Below, piece by piece: positions 38,054 through 48,308 of a stretch of 64,000 nucleotides of DNA. Made by a program: the position numbers and the translations under genes. Source of the DNA: Leptospiraceae bacterium (lineage in GTDB: Bacteria > Spirochaetota > Leptospiria > Leptospirales > Leptonemataceae); NCBI GenBank assembly GCA_040217195.1, contig JAVJNR010000002.1, positions 160,001 through 224,000 on the forward strand. The letters run 5' to 3'. The notes beneath the pieces are model-generated. The model had not been told where the DNA came from and made no database searches. It was given only the letters and a program-made list of their open reading frames with translations. Numbering within the stretch: the first letter of the stretch is position 1; each line of letters starts with the position of its first letter.

Positions 38054-40018
38054 GTGGCCAAAAAAAAGAAAAAGAAATCGGGGGGCTCTTCTGATCTCGG
38101 AAGTAGCTTCCTGAATCACAATTATACCGGTTATTCATTCTATCTGCTTGGCATTCCCCTGGCAGGCTATCTATTCTCCTTATCCCTGGCCCCGGTAAGC
38201 AGCGGTTGGGCCGGTCTGGGAAGCATGCTAATTTTTATGGCCCTTGCCCGGTACATCTACCGCGGCAGCCCCTGGCTCATGCTTTTCACTGCCTGGTTAC
38301 TCTCCTTGAGCTTTCAGCTATTCGCCTTCTACTGGATACCCGGAACCATTCAATTCTATGCCGGAACCAGCCGGGAGGCGGCTACAGTTTATGCGCTGTT
38401 GTACTCCCTGGTTTACCAGCTTCGGGTATTGATTCTATTTGCTGGATTCTGGCTTTCCTTTCGCTTTACAAAAACTAGCCTGGCAATCGTTGCTCTGGCC
38501 GCCCTTCTGGGAGATGGACTGGCTCCACAGGTATTCAACTGGTACTGGGGGAATATGACCGAAGGCTGGGAACTCTGGAGCCAGCTGGCAGCTCTTGGCG
38601 GTGTTTTTCTTCCAGGTGCCTTATTACCTGTACTGGTGCGCTTACTCTATGATCTTCTGGCTGAGGTTTTATCTCTTCGGAATAAGGGTCCTGGAATTCT
38701 AAACCTGATTCAATCGTATTTGAAAGAACCCGGGAGCTCATCCCGGGACCAGCCAGTGGCGGGGGACTCATCTTCGCAGTCAGCGCAGAATGAATCGACT
38801 TTATCTAGTTCTGTTCGGTGGAAGTGCAGCCTTTCCACTGCTGTATTGCTGCTGCTAATTCTAATCCATGGCTTCTGGAATGTGTACAGGGTGGAGAAGG
38901 CTATTGCAGTGGGGAAAGATCGTGGTAGTTTAAACGTGGCCATGCTTCAGACTGGAACATCGCGCAAGATGCTTGGAAGTCTTAGCGATTACGATCATGC
39001 CGCATCTTCCATGAATCGAGTTGTGAACCAGTCTCTGGAAGTGATTCAAAAGAGTGGTGCTGCCCTGGATTTAATCATTCTACCCGAGTCTGCTATTCCC
39101 TATCACGGAATTTCACCGGGTCAGAAAGGTTATTCCGTAACCATGCATTCCCTTCTTTCCTTTATCTATGGAACCGCCCAGACTCCGCTTTTGTTTAACC
39201 AGCTTCAGCATAATAAGCAGGATGAGTCTCTTACATATAATACAGCCTCACTCATGGATCCGGGCCACAGGACGCAGCAGCATTATCGAAAAAGAGTGCT
39301 AATTCCCTATGGCGAATATCTACCCCTTGAGACTGTATTTCCCTGGCTAAGGAGTATCTTTCCGGGAGCAGGAAGATATTCGCCTGAGAATCGCGATCAG
39401 AATCTCACCATGGATATGACCTATTATCCGGATCGTCCGAGAGTGCAATTATTGACCGCGCAACAGGCTGGTCTCCAGGATCCAGCCAGTCTATGGGCCA
39501 ATCCAGGAGATTCATTGCGAGCCGGTTCAATGATGTATTCTAAATCTCTGGGCGAATCCCCATCTGAGTCAGTCGAATTCAGTTATAGGAGAAATGCAAA
39601 GAATCTAAAATTTGCCCTTCTGATTTGCTATGAAGATCTAATTCCGGAGTTATCCGTAAGTGCATTTCTGGACGAGTCACCGGATTTCATAGTGAACATC
39701 AGCAATGATTCCTGGCTGAGCGATAAACGAGCCATGCAGCAGCATTACGGAGCAGCACGATTTCGGGCTATTGAAACCGGTCGATTTCTGTTACGCACCA
39801 CGTTAACCGGGATATCTGGAATCATGGATCCGGCGGGTAGAGATTACGTGGAGCCCACGGAGGTTAATCAAAGGGGAACTCTTGTGGAAAAGGTACCTCT
39901 GCAGGGCTCGGTGCAGACATTGTACGCCAGCCTGGGGCCCTGGGCCTGGAGAATCCAGGTGTTGCTCTCTCTTCTTGTTCTGGGCTTTATAGCCCTAACA
40001 GTTCGATTACAGAAATAG
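38054..40018 (+). CDS. lnt: Apolipoprotein N-acyltransferase
   Basis: Transmembrane N-terminus; LPESA, YRKRVLIPYGEYLP, LICYED, NISNDSW, RAIETGR. Confidence 0.92.
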   Translation: MAKKKKKKSGGSSDLGSSFLNHNYTGYSFYLLGIPLAGYLFSLSLAPVSSGWAGLGSMLIFMALARYIYRGSPWLMLFTAWLLSLSFQLFAFYWIPGTIQFYAGTSREAATVYALLYSLVYQLRVLILFAGFWLSFRFTKTSLAIVALAALLGDGLAPQVFNWYWGNMTEGWELWSQLAALGGVFLPGALLPVLVRLLYDLLAEVLSLRNKGPGILNLIQSYLKEPGSSSRDQPVAGDSSSQSAQNESTLSSSVRWKCSLSTAVLLLLILIHGFWNVYRVEKAIAVGKDRGSLNVAMLQTGTSRKMLGSLSDYDHAASSMNRVVNQSLEVIQKSGAALDLIILPESAIPYHGISPGQKGYSVTMHSLLSFIYGTAQTPLLFNQLQHNKQDESLTYNTASLMDPGHRTQQHYRKRVLIPYGEYLPLETVFPWLRSIFPGAGRYSPENRDQNLTMDMTYYPDRPRVQLLTAQQAGLQDPASLWANPGDSLRAGSMMYSKSLGESPSESVEFSYRRNAKNLKFALLICYEDLIPELSVSAFLDESPDFIVNISNDSWLSDKRAMQQHYGAARFRAIETGRFLLRTTLTGISGIMDPAGRDYVEPTEVNQRGTLVEKVPLQGSVQTLYASLGPWAWRIQVLLSLLVLGFIALTVRLQK

Positions 40019-41072
40019 AAATCGAAGCGGCGGATGTAAGTCCTGGACTCTCGATGCCCAGCAAATGAATCCAGGGCCCATCCTGTTTCATATAAAAGTC
40101 TCTGTGATCCTTTCCGTTGATGCGTAATCGGGGGCGAATCCCTGCATAGCCAGCAGTTAGATCGTCAGGACCATAACCATCCAGTATATTGCTCAGAGAT
40201 TCAGCAAACTCTGCGGCCGACTGAGTAATGCGATAATCCTCTTTCGTGTCTGCACCAATGGCATTTGGGCCTGCATAAGCATCACCCCCTGGATGAAATG
40301 TATAATGCACTCCCAGAGCCGTAGAATCAGGGTCTGGCAGGGGATAGACCAGTTTTCCTACTGAATGGGTATTTTTCAGGCGATAATACTCACCCCTTAC
40401 CGGTACAATTTCCATACCGTCCAGTCCGGCCAGGGCAGCTATCTGATCTGAATACAAGCCCGCTGCATTTACAACTATAGAAGCTTCAACGGACTCTTCG
40501 TTTCCAGCTGAGTCCTGCAGTAGTATTTCGCAACCTTCGTGGTTTGTCCGGGCGGACGTTGCCTTCCTGCCATTAAGCCAGGATACACCTTCTGCTTGAG
40601 CTTCCGCTTGAATGGAATGGAGGTAGGCGGCGGCATCGCATACACCCGTATTGGGACTCAGGATGGCTGCATTTCCCTGAACACCGGCGAACCTCTTTCC
40701 CGGGCTGGATAAGATACTGAGATCCCGGGCTCCGATTCGTTCTGCATTCGCCTTCAGTGCTTCTAGTTTTTCAATAGAATCTTTACTGGCATTGCGTCCT
40801 GTGGTTATGAGTTTGCCACAGATTTCATGGGGAAGCTTTTTGGATTTTAGATACTCCAGGGTAAGAGCATATCCTCGTATGCAATGAAACGCTTTGAGGG
40901 AGTCAGGGGCATAGTAGATACCTGCATGCAGGACGCCGGAATTTCTACCCGAGGTTGCATCCCCGGGCTGATGCGAAAGATCGCATAAGGCCACGGATAA
41001 TCCTGCCCTGGCCGCCCGAAGGGCCACCCAGCTTCCAACAATTCCGCCGCCAATAATCAGTACGTCTAAAAT
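39987..41072 (-). CDS. FAD-dependent oxidoreductase, L-2-hydroxyglutarate oxidase-like (probable ATT start)
   Basis: DVLIIGGGIVG upstream of the track start; SGRNSGVLHAGIYY, GEYY, LGVH, GIESPGLT. Confidence 0.88.
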   Translation of the reverse strand: MLDVLIIGGGIVGSWVALRAARAGLSVALCDLSHQPGDATSGRNSGVLHAGIYYAPDSLKAFHCIRGYALTLEYLKSKKLPHEICGKLITTGRNASKDSIEKLEALKANAERIGARDLSILSSPGKRFAGVQGNAAILSPNTGVCDAAAYLHSIQAEAQAEGVSWLNGRKATSARTNHEGCEILLQDSAGNEESVEASIVVNAAGLYSDQIAALAGLDGMEIVPVRGEYYRLKNTHSVGKLVYPLPDPDSTALGVHYTFHPGGDAYAGPNAIGADTKEDYRITQSAAEFAESLSNILDGYGPDDLTAGYAGIRPRLRINGKDHRDFYMKQDGPWIHLLGIESPGLTSAASISISVIELLGL

Positions 41073-41118
41073 ATAGCTAACCTCAAATCAGTAGAATTAT
41101 TCTGATTGAGAAGTCTCG

Positions 41119-42048
41119 TCAAAGATGACGAAAGTAGTCAATGGTTCGCTTCAGTCCTGCCTCCAGAGGAGCAGTGATTTCATAACCAAACAATTTTCGT
41201 GCCAGACCGAGATCCGGTCGTCGTCTTGTAGGGTCATCCTGTGGCAAGGGCTGATTTACCACCCTGGACTGGCTTTCCGTAAGTCGAATTACTTCCTTTG
41301 CCAGCTCTTGAACTGTGAATTCTCCATCATTACCCAGATTCACCGGGCCGGTATGTCCTTCCGTCTTCATGAATCGAACGATGCCGTTTACCAGGTCATC
41401 GACATAGCAGAAGGATCGAGTCTGGGTTCCATCTCCGTAAATGGTTATATCTTCACCCTTTAACGCCTGGACAATAAAGTTGGAGACCACTCTTCCATCC
41501 GCCGGATCCATTCTGGGGCCGTAGGTATTGAAGATTCGGATTACACGAATATCCACACCATGCATTCTGTTATAGTCAAAGCACAATGTTTCTGCTGCTC
41601 TTTTGCCCTCATCGTAGCAAGCTCTAATGCCTATTGGGTTCACGCTTCCTCTGTAGGATTCCGGCTGCGGATGCACTTCCGGATCTCCGTATACTTCGGA
41701 CGTACTGGCCTGAAGAATTCGCGCTCCGGTGCGTTTGGCAAGGCCCAGAAGATTCATGGTGCCCAGGACAGAAGTCTTCATTGTTTTTACTGGATTGGCC
41801 TGATAGTGTACAGGACTGGCCGGACAGGCCATATTGTAAATTCGGTCTACCTCAATGCGAATCGGTTCCGTTATATCGTGTCTGATTAGTTCGAAGTTCT
41901 TATTGCCGAGCAGATGCTGGATATTCCTTCGTCTGCCGGTAAAAAAATTGTCCAGACAGATTACATAATCTCCCTGCTCTAGAAGCTTTTCGCAGAGGTG
42001 AGATCCAATAAAGCCGGCGCCACCGGTTACAAGTGCTGTATGAGCCAT
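41119..42048 (-). CDS. UDP-glucuronate decarboxylase (UDP-xylose synthase) family SDR
   Basis: [40 protein letters not shown]. Confidence 0.93.
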   Translation of the reverse strand: MAHTALVTGGAGFIGSHLCEKLLEQGDYVICLDNFFTGRRRNIQHLLGNKNFELIRHDITEPIRIEVDRIYNMACPASPVHYQANPVKTMKTSVLGTMNLLGLAKRTGARILQASTSEVYGDPEVHPQPESYRGSVNPIGIRACYDEGKRAAETLCFDYNRMHGVDIRVIRIFNTYGPRMDPADGRVVSNFIVQALKGEDITIYGDGTQTRSFCYVDDLVNGIVRFMKTEGHTGPVNLGNDGEFTVQELAKEVIRLTESQSRVVNQPLPQDDPTRRRPDLGLARKLFGYEITAPLEAGLKRTIDYFRHL

Positions 42049-42159
42049 CCAATACAGGGATGTTCCAGGGCCAGCACAAGCAACCAGAATTCAAACAGGA
42101 ATTCCCGATAGGGCCCAGCAAAGTCACCCCTAATAGCTGAGGGGCCGGGAAATTCCTGG

Positions 42160-43122
42160 TCAGCGAATACCGGTTCTTGCGATTTCCGATGAATGATCGA
42201 ATGGATTCTCAAATCCCGGGGAAACCGGCTGCTGGCTCTCCGATTCCGCAGCGCTGGAAAAAGATTGGGAGAAATCTTCGCTGGAGCCGGGGGCAGAAGG
42301 GATCGGATTTCCAACGCTATCGGAACCGGGGCTGGAAGACTCCGAGCCTTGAAATTCGGATCCCATAGCGTCTGGATCTTCAGCAGGGTCCGGTTCCCAG
42401 TAATGAATGGATTCTCTGACTGCAGGTGCCAGTACCAGGTAGGCCCCGAATAGGATGGCAGTAGTCCAGGCAAGGGAGATGCCCACAGCGGTAATTCCCA
42501 CAGATCCATGCTCCAATGCTCCGGAGCCCAGGTAGGAAGCCAGAATTGCAGCATCGGTGCTATCCACATCCCGGGTAAAATCAAACAGGTCGAACAGGCT
42601 ATAGAATAGAAAGAAGACCCCGATCGCTGTTAATGCACCTCGGGCTGGCCTTTGACCCAGGGCAGAAATGACCAGAAACGCCAGGCCATAACCGGTTCCA
42701 GTATAGAAAGCGGTTTCCAGAGGCGATGTGAAAAGCCAGGAGAAATAGATTAGCAGGACCGAAAAAACAATCAGAGTGACCCGCTCCAATCGCCCGACCA
42801 GGGATTGTCTCAACAGCAACGCTCCGGTAAGGGCGCAACCGATGTAGCCTGCTGAAACTGCCAGCACAAACCCGAGATTTGAAAAGTCTCCAGTTACCAG
42901 GGTTTTGCCCGATTCGTTCCAATGCACCTCAATGGAATCCAGCCTGACCCCTGCGGCCAGAGAAAGAAATCCATGCCACATTTCATGAACCAGTACAACA
43001 AGTAGCTTGACCGGGCGTAACAGGCTGGAATCCCAGAAGAGGGTCAATGCAAGGCCGATGGCCACCATTAATAGGAATCTCTTGCCAGCCACGTACCGAT
43101 TATCGGCAAAACCATGATACAT
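42160..43122 (-). CDS. M50B-like membrane metallopeptidase
   Basis: HEMWH (HExxH), SAGY, TDA; multiple transmembrane helices; acidic Ser/Pro-rich tail. Confidence 0.82.
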   Translation of the reverse strand: MYHGFADNRYVAGKRFLLMVAIGLALTLFWDSSLLRPVKLLVVLVHEMWHGFLSLAAGVRLDSIEVHWNESGKTLVTGDFSNLGFVLAVSAGYIGCALTGALLLRQSLVGRLERVTLIVFSVLLIYFSWLFTSPLETAFYTGTGYGLAFLVISALGQRPARGALTAIGVFFLFYSLFDLFDFTRDVDSTDAAILASYLGSGALEHGSVGITAVGISLAWTTAILFGAYLVLAPAVRESIHYWEPDPAEDPDAMGSEFQGSESSSPGSDSVGNPIPSAPGSSEDFSQSFSSAAESESQQPVSPGFENPFDHSSEIARTGIR

Positions 43123-45045
43123 ATCCAAAACGGAAAGGTCTTCAATTCTGAATTCCAGGATATCTATTTTAGTCAGGAAGATGGGGAGTCTGAATCGGAT
43201 TATGTCTTTCTAAAAGGTAACCATCTGGAGCAACGCTTCCAGGCCTTGCAGAGCTACGAAAGTTTTTCGGTGGGAGAACTGGGCTTTGGCACTGGCTTGA
43301 ATTTTCTGTTAACCAGGAGACTGTTTCTCAAGGAAGCTCATCCATCCACCAGATTGGAGTACATTTCTTTTGAGATCGATTTGCCTTCGCCACCGTTGTG
43401 CCGAAAAAGTAACTCTCTTTTTCCCTCACTCAAGAATGACGCTATCTTGCTACGTCGAAAGCTACGCGGAGTACTCCAGCGAAATACCGGAACTCATACA
43501 ATCCTTTTCGATTCAGGCAGAATTAAATTAACTCTGTTTCTTGGGGATGTTCGAACAGAAATCTTCCGAATGCAGGGAAACTGCCATGCCTGGTATCTGG
43601 ATGGTTTCGCGCCTTCAAAGAATCCCCAGATGTGGCAGGTTTCAATATTTCGGGAGCTTGCGAATCGGAGTCATCCGGGGGCTACATTTTCAAGTTTTTC
43701 AGCTGCCGGTGGTGTAAGACAATCGCTAAAAGAAAGTGGCTTTGAAGTAGAGAGAATACCCGGCTTTGGTCGCAAGAAGCATATGATTCGTGGTCAACTC
43801 TTTTCGCGCCACTTGCAGCCTGAGGCATCTCATCCCGGAGTCTCCATTGTTGGTGGTGGATTGGCCGGTCTGGCCACAGCATATGCTCTTACGCGAAGAG
43901 GAGTCCATGTAACTCTCTATGAGGCCAATGATATAGCCAGCGGTGCATCGGGAAATATGGCTGGAATGGCGACGGCTGGACTTACAGCGGAGCCCACCAA
44001 CTTAAGTCTGCTTGGTATTCGAGCTCAGAGCCTGTTTATTTCATGGTTAATGGATCAGCAAGGTGATTGGAAGCGATTGGGTCTTGTGCGAAAACGAGAC
44101 GATGTGAGTCGCTACAGCAGAGCTCGGGAAACTCATAAGCTGATGAATGTATATCAAAGTTCCCGGCGAAGGGAAGCATTGGTGGGATGGGCCGCCGCCG
44201 TTAACCCTGAAAAACTCTGTCAATTCTATCTGCAGAAATGCCTTAACTCCGGACTATTTGAATTGCACAACGCAGTGAGAATCGATGCGCAACAGATTCA
44301 ACAGGATGCTTCAAATCCGGACAAAGACCAGGGCACTGTTTGGATTCTATGTAATGCCAACGAATTAAGTGAATTTCCTCAGACACGGTTCATTGTCCAT
44401 TCTCCGGTAAGGGGACAGGTCCTCCATATACCTCTGACCGGCACAGGACTCAGGTTTCCGGTGACCAATCAGATCTATGTGGTTCCCAATCCCTTGAATG
44501 CGGCCACCGGTGTGCTCGGCGCTACTTTCGACATGCATCTTTCGGATTCGCAACGGTTGCCGCAGAGAGATGATTATTTGCTGAAAGAGATGCAGCAACG
44601 TCTGGGCGAAATCTGGAATAGTCTAAGCGAAGAGTCCAAAAGAAGTTTATTGGCCGGACACTCAGAAGGGCGGGTTGGATTTCGCTGTCAGGCCCGAGAC
44701 TATGTCCCGGTCTGTGGCTCTCTACCAGATCCGGGTGAATTCTTGAAAAGGCATGATCGGCACTATACTTTGCCAGTAAGCACAAGAAAAAATCATTTGC
44801 ATCAGTGGAGTCGGGAGCTGATTCGAAATCCAGGTCTATACGTTAATGCCTGCCATGGCAGTCGCGGAATAACCTCAACGTTTCTTTGCGCAGAGATAAT
44901 CGCATCTGAAATCTGTGGCGAAACAGCACCTGTGGAGACTGATCTGCTTTTTGCTTTAGATCCTGCAAGGTTTCTATGGAAGGTGGTAAGCCAACCACCA
45001 GACAAACGGCCAGATTGGGCCAGGGCTGGAAAGCATTGGCAATGA
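43114..45045 (+). CDS. mnmC: Bifunctional tRNA mnm5s2U biosynthesis protein MnmC
   Basis: DIYFS, ELGFGTGLN, WYLDGFAPSKNP, GFGRKK, GGGLAG, GASGN, HGSRG. Confidence 0.93.
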   Translation: MIHIQNGKVFNSEFQDIYFSQEDGESESDYVFLKGNHLEQRFQALQSYESFSVGELGFGTGLNFLLTRRLFLKEAHPSTRLEYISFEIDLPSPPLCRKSNSLFPSLKNDAILLRRKLRGVLQRNTGTHTILFDSGRIKLTLFLGDVRTEIFRMQGNCHAWYLDGFAPSKNPQMWQVSIFRELANRSHPGATFSSFSAAGGVRQSLKESGFEVERIPGFGRKKHMIRGQLFSRHLQPEASHPGVSIVGGGLAGLATAYALTRRGVHVTLYEANDIASGASGNMAGMATAGLTAEPTNLSLLGIRAQSLFISWLMDQQGDWKRLGLVRKRDDVSRYSRARETHKLMNVYQSSRRREALVGWAAAVNPEKLCQFYLQKCLNSGLFELHNAVRIDAQQIQQDASNPDKDQGTVWILCNANELSEFPQTRFIVHSPVRGQVLHIPLTGTGLRFPVTNQIYVVPNPLNAATGVLGATFDMHLSDSQRLPQRDDYLLKEMQQRLGEIWNSLSEESKRSLLAGHSEGRVGFRCQARDYVPVCGSLPDPGEFLKRHDRHYTLPVSTRKNHLHQWSRELIRNPGLYVNACHGSRGITSTFLCAEIIASEICGETAPVETDLLFALDPARFLWKVVSQPPDKRPDWARAGKHWQ

Positions 45046-45234
45046 TCGCAGATAGACAAACAATGATTCAGGATGCCGGCTGCCCGGAAGCCCTGTATGC
45101 GTTTCACGTTGTATCTAGAAATGGGATTTCGAGCGGCTCCAGGCCACACACAGACCAGGGTGCAATGGCGAATACATCCGAGTAACTATCAGATAGGCCG
45201 GGTTTTCTAATTCACCAGCGGTCCACGGCCTGGC

Positions 45235-46314
45235 TTATTCCGGAAGTCTGTATTTACCAATCATAGGGAGATGATCGCTGATATGCTGAGTATCAGTCTG
45301 TCGCACTGAGTAACTGGACTGGGAAAGATCGCTGGAGTAGAAGATATAGTCAATGGTTCGATCGGGACCTTTAATAGTATGGCTATTGGGAAAATGAGTA
45401 TAATACTTTGCCTGATTCGGCCCGTTTAAGGTGTCCACATCCACGCTTGAGTTAAATTCAGAGAACAAGGTCTGAATCTCGCTTTCTTCCTGATAAAAAA
45501 CCTGATCCCGGGGGTCTAACTGAGACCGTTGCCATTCGGGGGGTAGCAGATTGAAGTCTCCAGAAATTAGCCAATCATTACCTTCTGCGTTCAGTGAAAG
45601 CAATAGATCTCTTACTTCATTGACCTGCCTTTCCATTGTGTCCGTTCCCTGGGCAAATGCATCCAGGTGGGTATTCATTACAACCAGAGGTTGGCGGTCC
45701 GTCACCGGTAGTGACACTTCCAGTATGGCTCGCTTTAAATAGAACTGCTGCGAGACAATGTCCATGGGAACCAAAGACAATTGATGTCTTCGCGCGGTTT
45801 CCATCTTATATCGGCTGATGGTAAGCAATTTCATGCCTACTGATCCCATGACGTTAGGATCGGGCACAAAGTCGGCCTTCCAGTAATAGGCACTTGTATA
45901 GCATGGGTACTCCGGGCCAAGACCCTTTACGATCTCGGTCACCTGGTCCATATAGTCCGTGGCCTTCGCATCCACATGAACTTCTTGTAGCAGCAGGATG
46001 TCTGGCCTTTCCTCTCGAACGACCTTGAGGAATTCGCCGAGTGTTTTTTTGACTTCTTCAGCTGCGGGCTCCAGGTCCATTCCAGAGCCATCGGAAACGT
46101 CGTACCAGAATACATAACTTTTGCCGGCCAGATACTGGATGTTCCAGTTCATCACCTTGATCTCCTGGCCCGGCTGTAGTTCCGGAGCGTCGGCGGGACA
46201 TTGGATTTCCATCTCTTCAACTGGACCTGGGTGGTAAGTAATTAGATTCACTGTGAGAAAAAGTATTCCGAGCAGTCCAGCGAGGGTAAATCCGGTAATC
46301 TTAAGGGCTTTCAT
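45235..46314 (-). CDS. Endonuclease/exonuclease/phosphatase family protein, membrane-anchored
   Basis: WNI, LQEV, NTHL, GDFN, IDYIF, SDH. Confidence 0.9.
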   Translation of the reverse strand: MKALKITGFTLAGLLGILFLTVNLITYHPGPVEEMEIQCPADAPELQPGQEIKVMNWNIQYLAGKSYVFWYDVSDGSGMDLEPAAEEVKKTLGEFLKVVREERPDILLLQEVHVDAKATDYMDQVTEIVKGLGPEYPCYTSAYYWKADFVPDPNVMGSVGMKLLTISRYKMETARRHQLSLVPMDIVSQQFYLKRAILEVSLPVTDRQPLVVMNTHLDAFAQGTDTMERQVNEVRDLLLSLNAEGNDWLISGDFNLLPPEWQRSQLDPRDQVFYQEESEIQTLFSEFNSSVDVDTLNGPNQAKYYTHFPNSHTIKGPDRTIDYIFYSSDLSQSSYSVRQTDTQHISDHLPMIGKYRLPE

Positions 46315-46419
46315 GAGCCCCGCAGATTGCAGGGCTGCCGGCCAGTATCAAGTGTTTTTCGCATAGCCAGATCCGCTGTTTGCATTGCCTTTTGAGGGAA
46401 CTTCGAATCTATTTCGGCT

Positions 46420-47421
46420 TCAGGATTCATTTCTTGCTCCATTCATCCCTGGAACAGAAGAGGCTGCAATCAACCGAACCAGGGTTTCATTTACAGGAGC
46501 ATCCAGACCATGCATCTTGCTTCGCTGCACCAGATATCCATTCAAAGCTTGAATTTCCGTCTTCCGTCCTCGATTTAAATCAGCCAGCATACTGGGTTCA
46601 TGCTCGGCTGTAGCAGGAATCAATGTGTTTAATAGATGCTGAAAATATTCGTCTGGCGAAGACCAGAATAAGGATACGTTCTCTGCCCTGGCCAGTGCAA
46701 ATGCTTCTATCAGGATTTGTCGCATAATTTGCAGGGTTGGCTCCAATCGCAGTTTGCCGTAAGCGACCTTCAACAGCGCCCCCAGAGGATTCAAGCAGCA
46801 GTTATAAAGAAACTTCGCCCAGAGAAAGGAAAGCATGGTCTCTGTGTATTCGAATACTAGTGGTGTCTCGGAAAGCAAGTCTACCAGCTCCCTGGCGGCG
46901 GATTCCGATTCGCTGGAAGGCCCTTTGTCCGCAAGCGATCCAATCTTGCCCGGTCCGCCGTAAACTGTGATCGCCACCCGTCCATCCTCTACGACGTCAT
47001 AGCCTGTTATGGTCATTCCGCTCAGTATTATTGGTCTTTTTCCGGAAGCTTGCCTGGAAATTACGTCCTTAATGCATTCAAAATTACCCAGACCATTTTG
47101 AATATGCACGTACCGGGGCAAAGAGGGATCTGGCAGAGTCTTTACAAGCTGGCGAATCGCGTCTTCAGTGGCCGTTGACTTTACCGTAATCAGTACCCAG
47201 TCCAGCGGATGCTTTATGAATTCCCGGGATTCTAATTCAAAATCGTGACAGGCCTGTGGCTTATGGAAGCTGTTGCCAAGAATTCCTTCTATCCGCAGCC
47301 CCCGGGTTTGAATGGCATCAATGTGGCTACCTCTGCCAACCAGGAGAACCTCATGATGCTGCGATAGAAATCCACCTATGGCACTTCCTACGGCGCCGGC
47401 ACCCATCACCAGGATTCTCAT
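46420..47421 (-). CDS. panE: Ketopantoate reductase
   Basis: GAGAVG, ITVKS, QNGLG, WAKFLYN, SMLADL, TEIQALNG. Confidence 0.9.
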   Translation of the reverse strand: MRILVMGAGAVGSAIGGFLSQHHEVLLVGRGSHIDAIQTRGLRIEGILGNSFHKPQACHDFELESREFIKHPLDWVLITVKSTATEDAIRQLVKTLPDPSLPRYVHIQNGLGNFECIKDVISRQASGKRPIILSGMTITGYDVVEDGRVAITVYGGPGKIGSLADKGPSSESESAARELVDLLSETPLVFEYTETMLSFLWAKFLYNCCLNPLGALLKVAYGKLRLEPTLQIMRQILIEAFALARAENVSLFWSSPDEYFQHLLNTLIPATAEHEPSMLADLNRGRKTEIQALNGYLVQRSKMHGLDAPVNETLVRLIAASSVPGMNGARNES

Positions 47422-48308
47422 TTCTCTCTGTGAAACTCCATTACAAGCCAGCCATCATCGCTTAATTCGCTTTTCAGTTTCCAGGTCGGAAATGCATCCA
47501 GAAAGTCCTGTTTCTGTTCTTCAATGATTCCAGATACTACCAGACGATTACCAGGTAACCGGGAAACTACATCCCGGGCAGATAGAAAAACATTCAGGGT
47601 AATATTGGCCAGGGTAATGTCTGCATTAAAATCAAAGATCTCTTTCAGTTCGAATCCTGCCTTTTGCACCGACACTGCACCTTGATCCGGGAAGTTTAGT
47701 GCCAGATTCGATTTTGTGGCATGAACGGCATTTCCATCCACATCAAAGGCAAGTACTTGCCCGGCTCCTACGCGAAGAGCAGCGATAGTTAAGATGCCGG
47801 AGCCGCATCCAGCATCCAGTACTTTAAGGCCTTCCAGAGGATTCTCTTCCATCCATCGGACCATCATGCGACTGGTTGCATGCAAACCTGTGCCAAAAGC
47901 CAGGCCCGGATCAAGATAAATTCTTTTTCGCTCTCCAAAGCGGGCATCATCTTCGGAATCTTTGAACCAGGATGGAACTACTGCAAAGTTTTCGCCGACT
48001 ACAAAAGGACGATAATGCTGCTTGTAAGCTTCCTGGTAGTCCGACTGTTCAATTGTGTTTTCTTCCAGATGATAGTTTTCGATTCCGTATGCAAGAAGAA
48101 TGAGTTCCAGCTCCCATCTACCTTCCTCGAAATCTCCCGGGAAATAAAGAACCAGAGTGGTTTCATCGCTGGCCGGGCGATTCTCTTCATAGAGAATCTC
48201 ATAATACCCGGAAAGATCCGGAATCAAGTTCTGATCCAGCAATGCAGTTAAATCCTGGGCTGCATCCTGGCTTAGATGTAAATGTATTTCGTGGTACGAA
48301 GAACTCAA
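47418..48308 (-). CDS. prmA: Ribosomal protein L11 methyltransferase
   Basis: LDPGLAFGTGLHATS, LDAGCGSGIL, ANI, SGII. Confidence 0.92.
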   Translation of the reverse strand: MSSSYHEIHLHLSQDAAQDLTALLDQNLIPDLSGYYEILYEENRPASDETTLVLYFPGDFEEGRWELELILLAYGIENYHLEENTIEQSDYQEAYKQHYRPFVVGENFAVVPSWFKDSEDDARFGERKRIYLDPGLAFGTGLHATSRMMVRWMEENPLEGLKVLDAGCGSGILTIAALRVGAGQVLAFDVDGNAVHATKSNLALNFPDQGAVSVQKAGFELKEIFDFNADITLANITLNVFLSARDVVSRLPGNRLVVSGIIEEQKQDFLDAFPTWKLKSELSDDGWLVMEFHREK

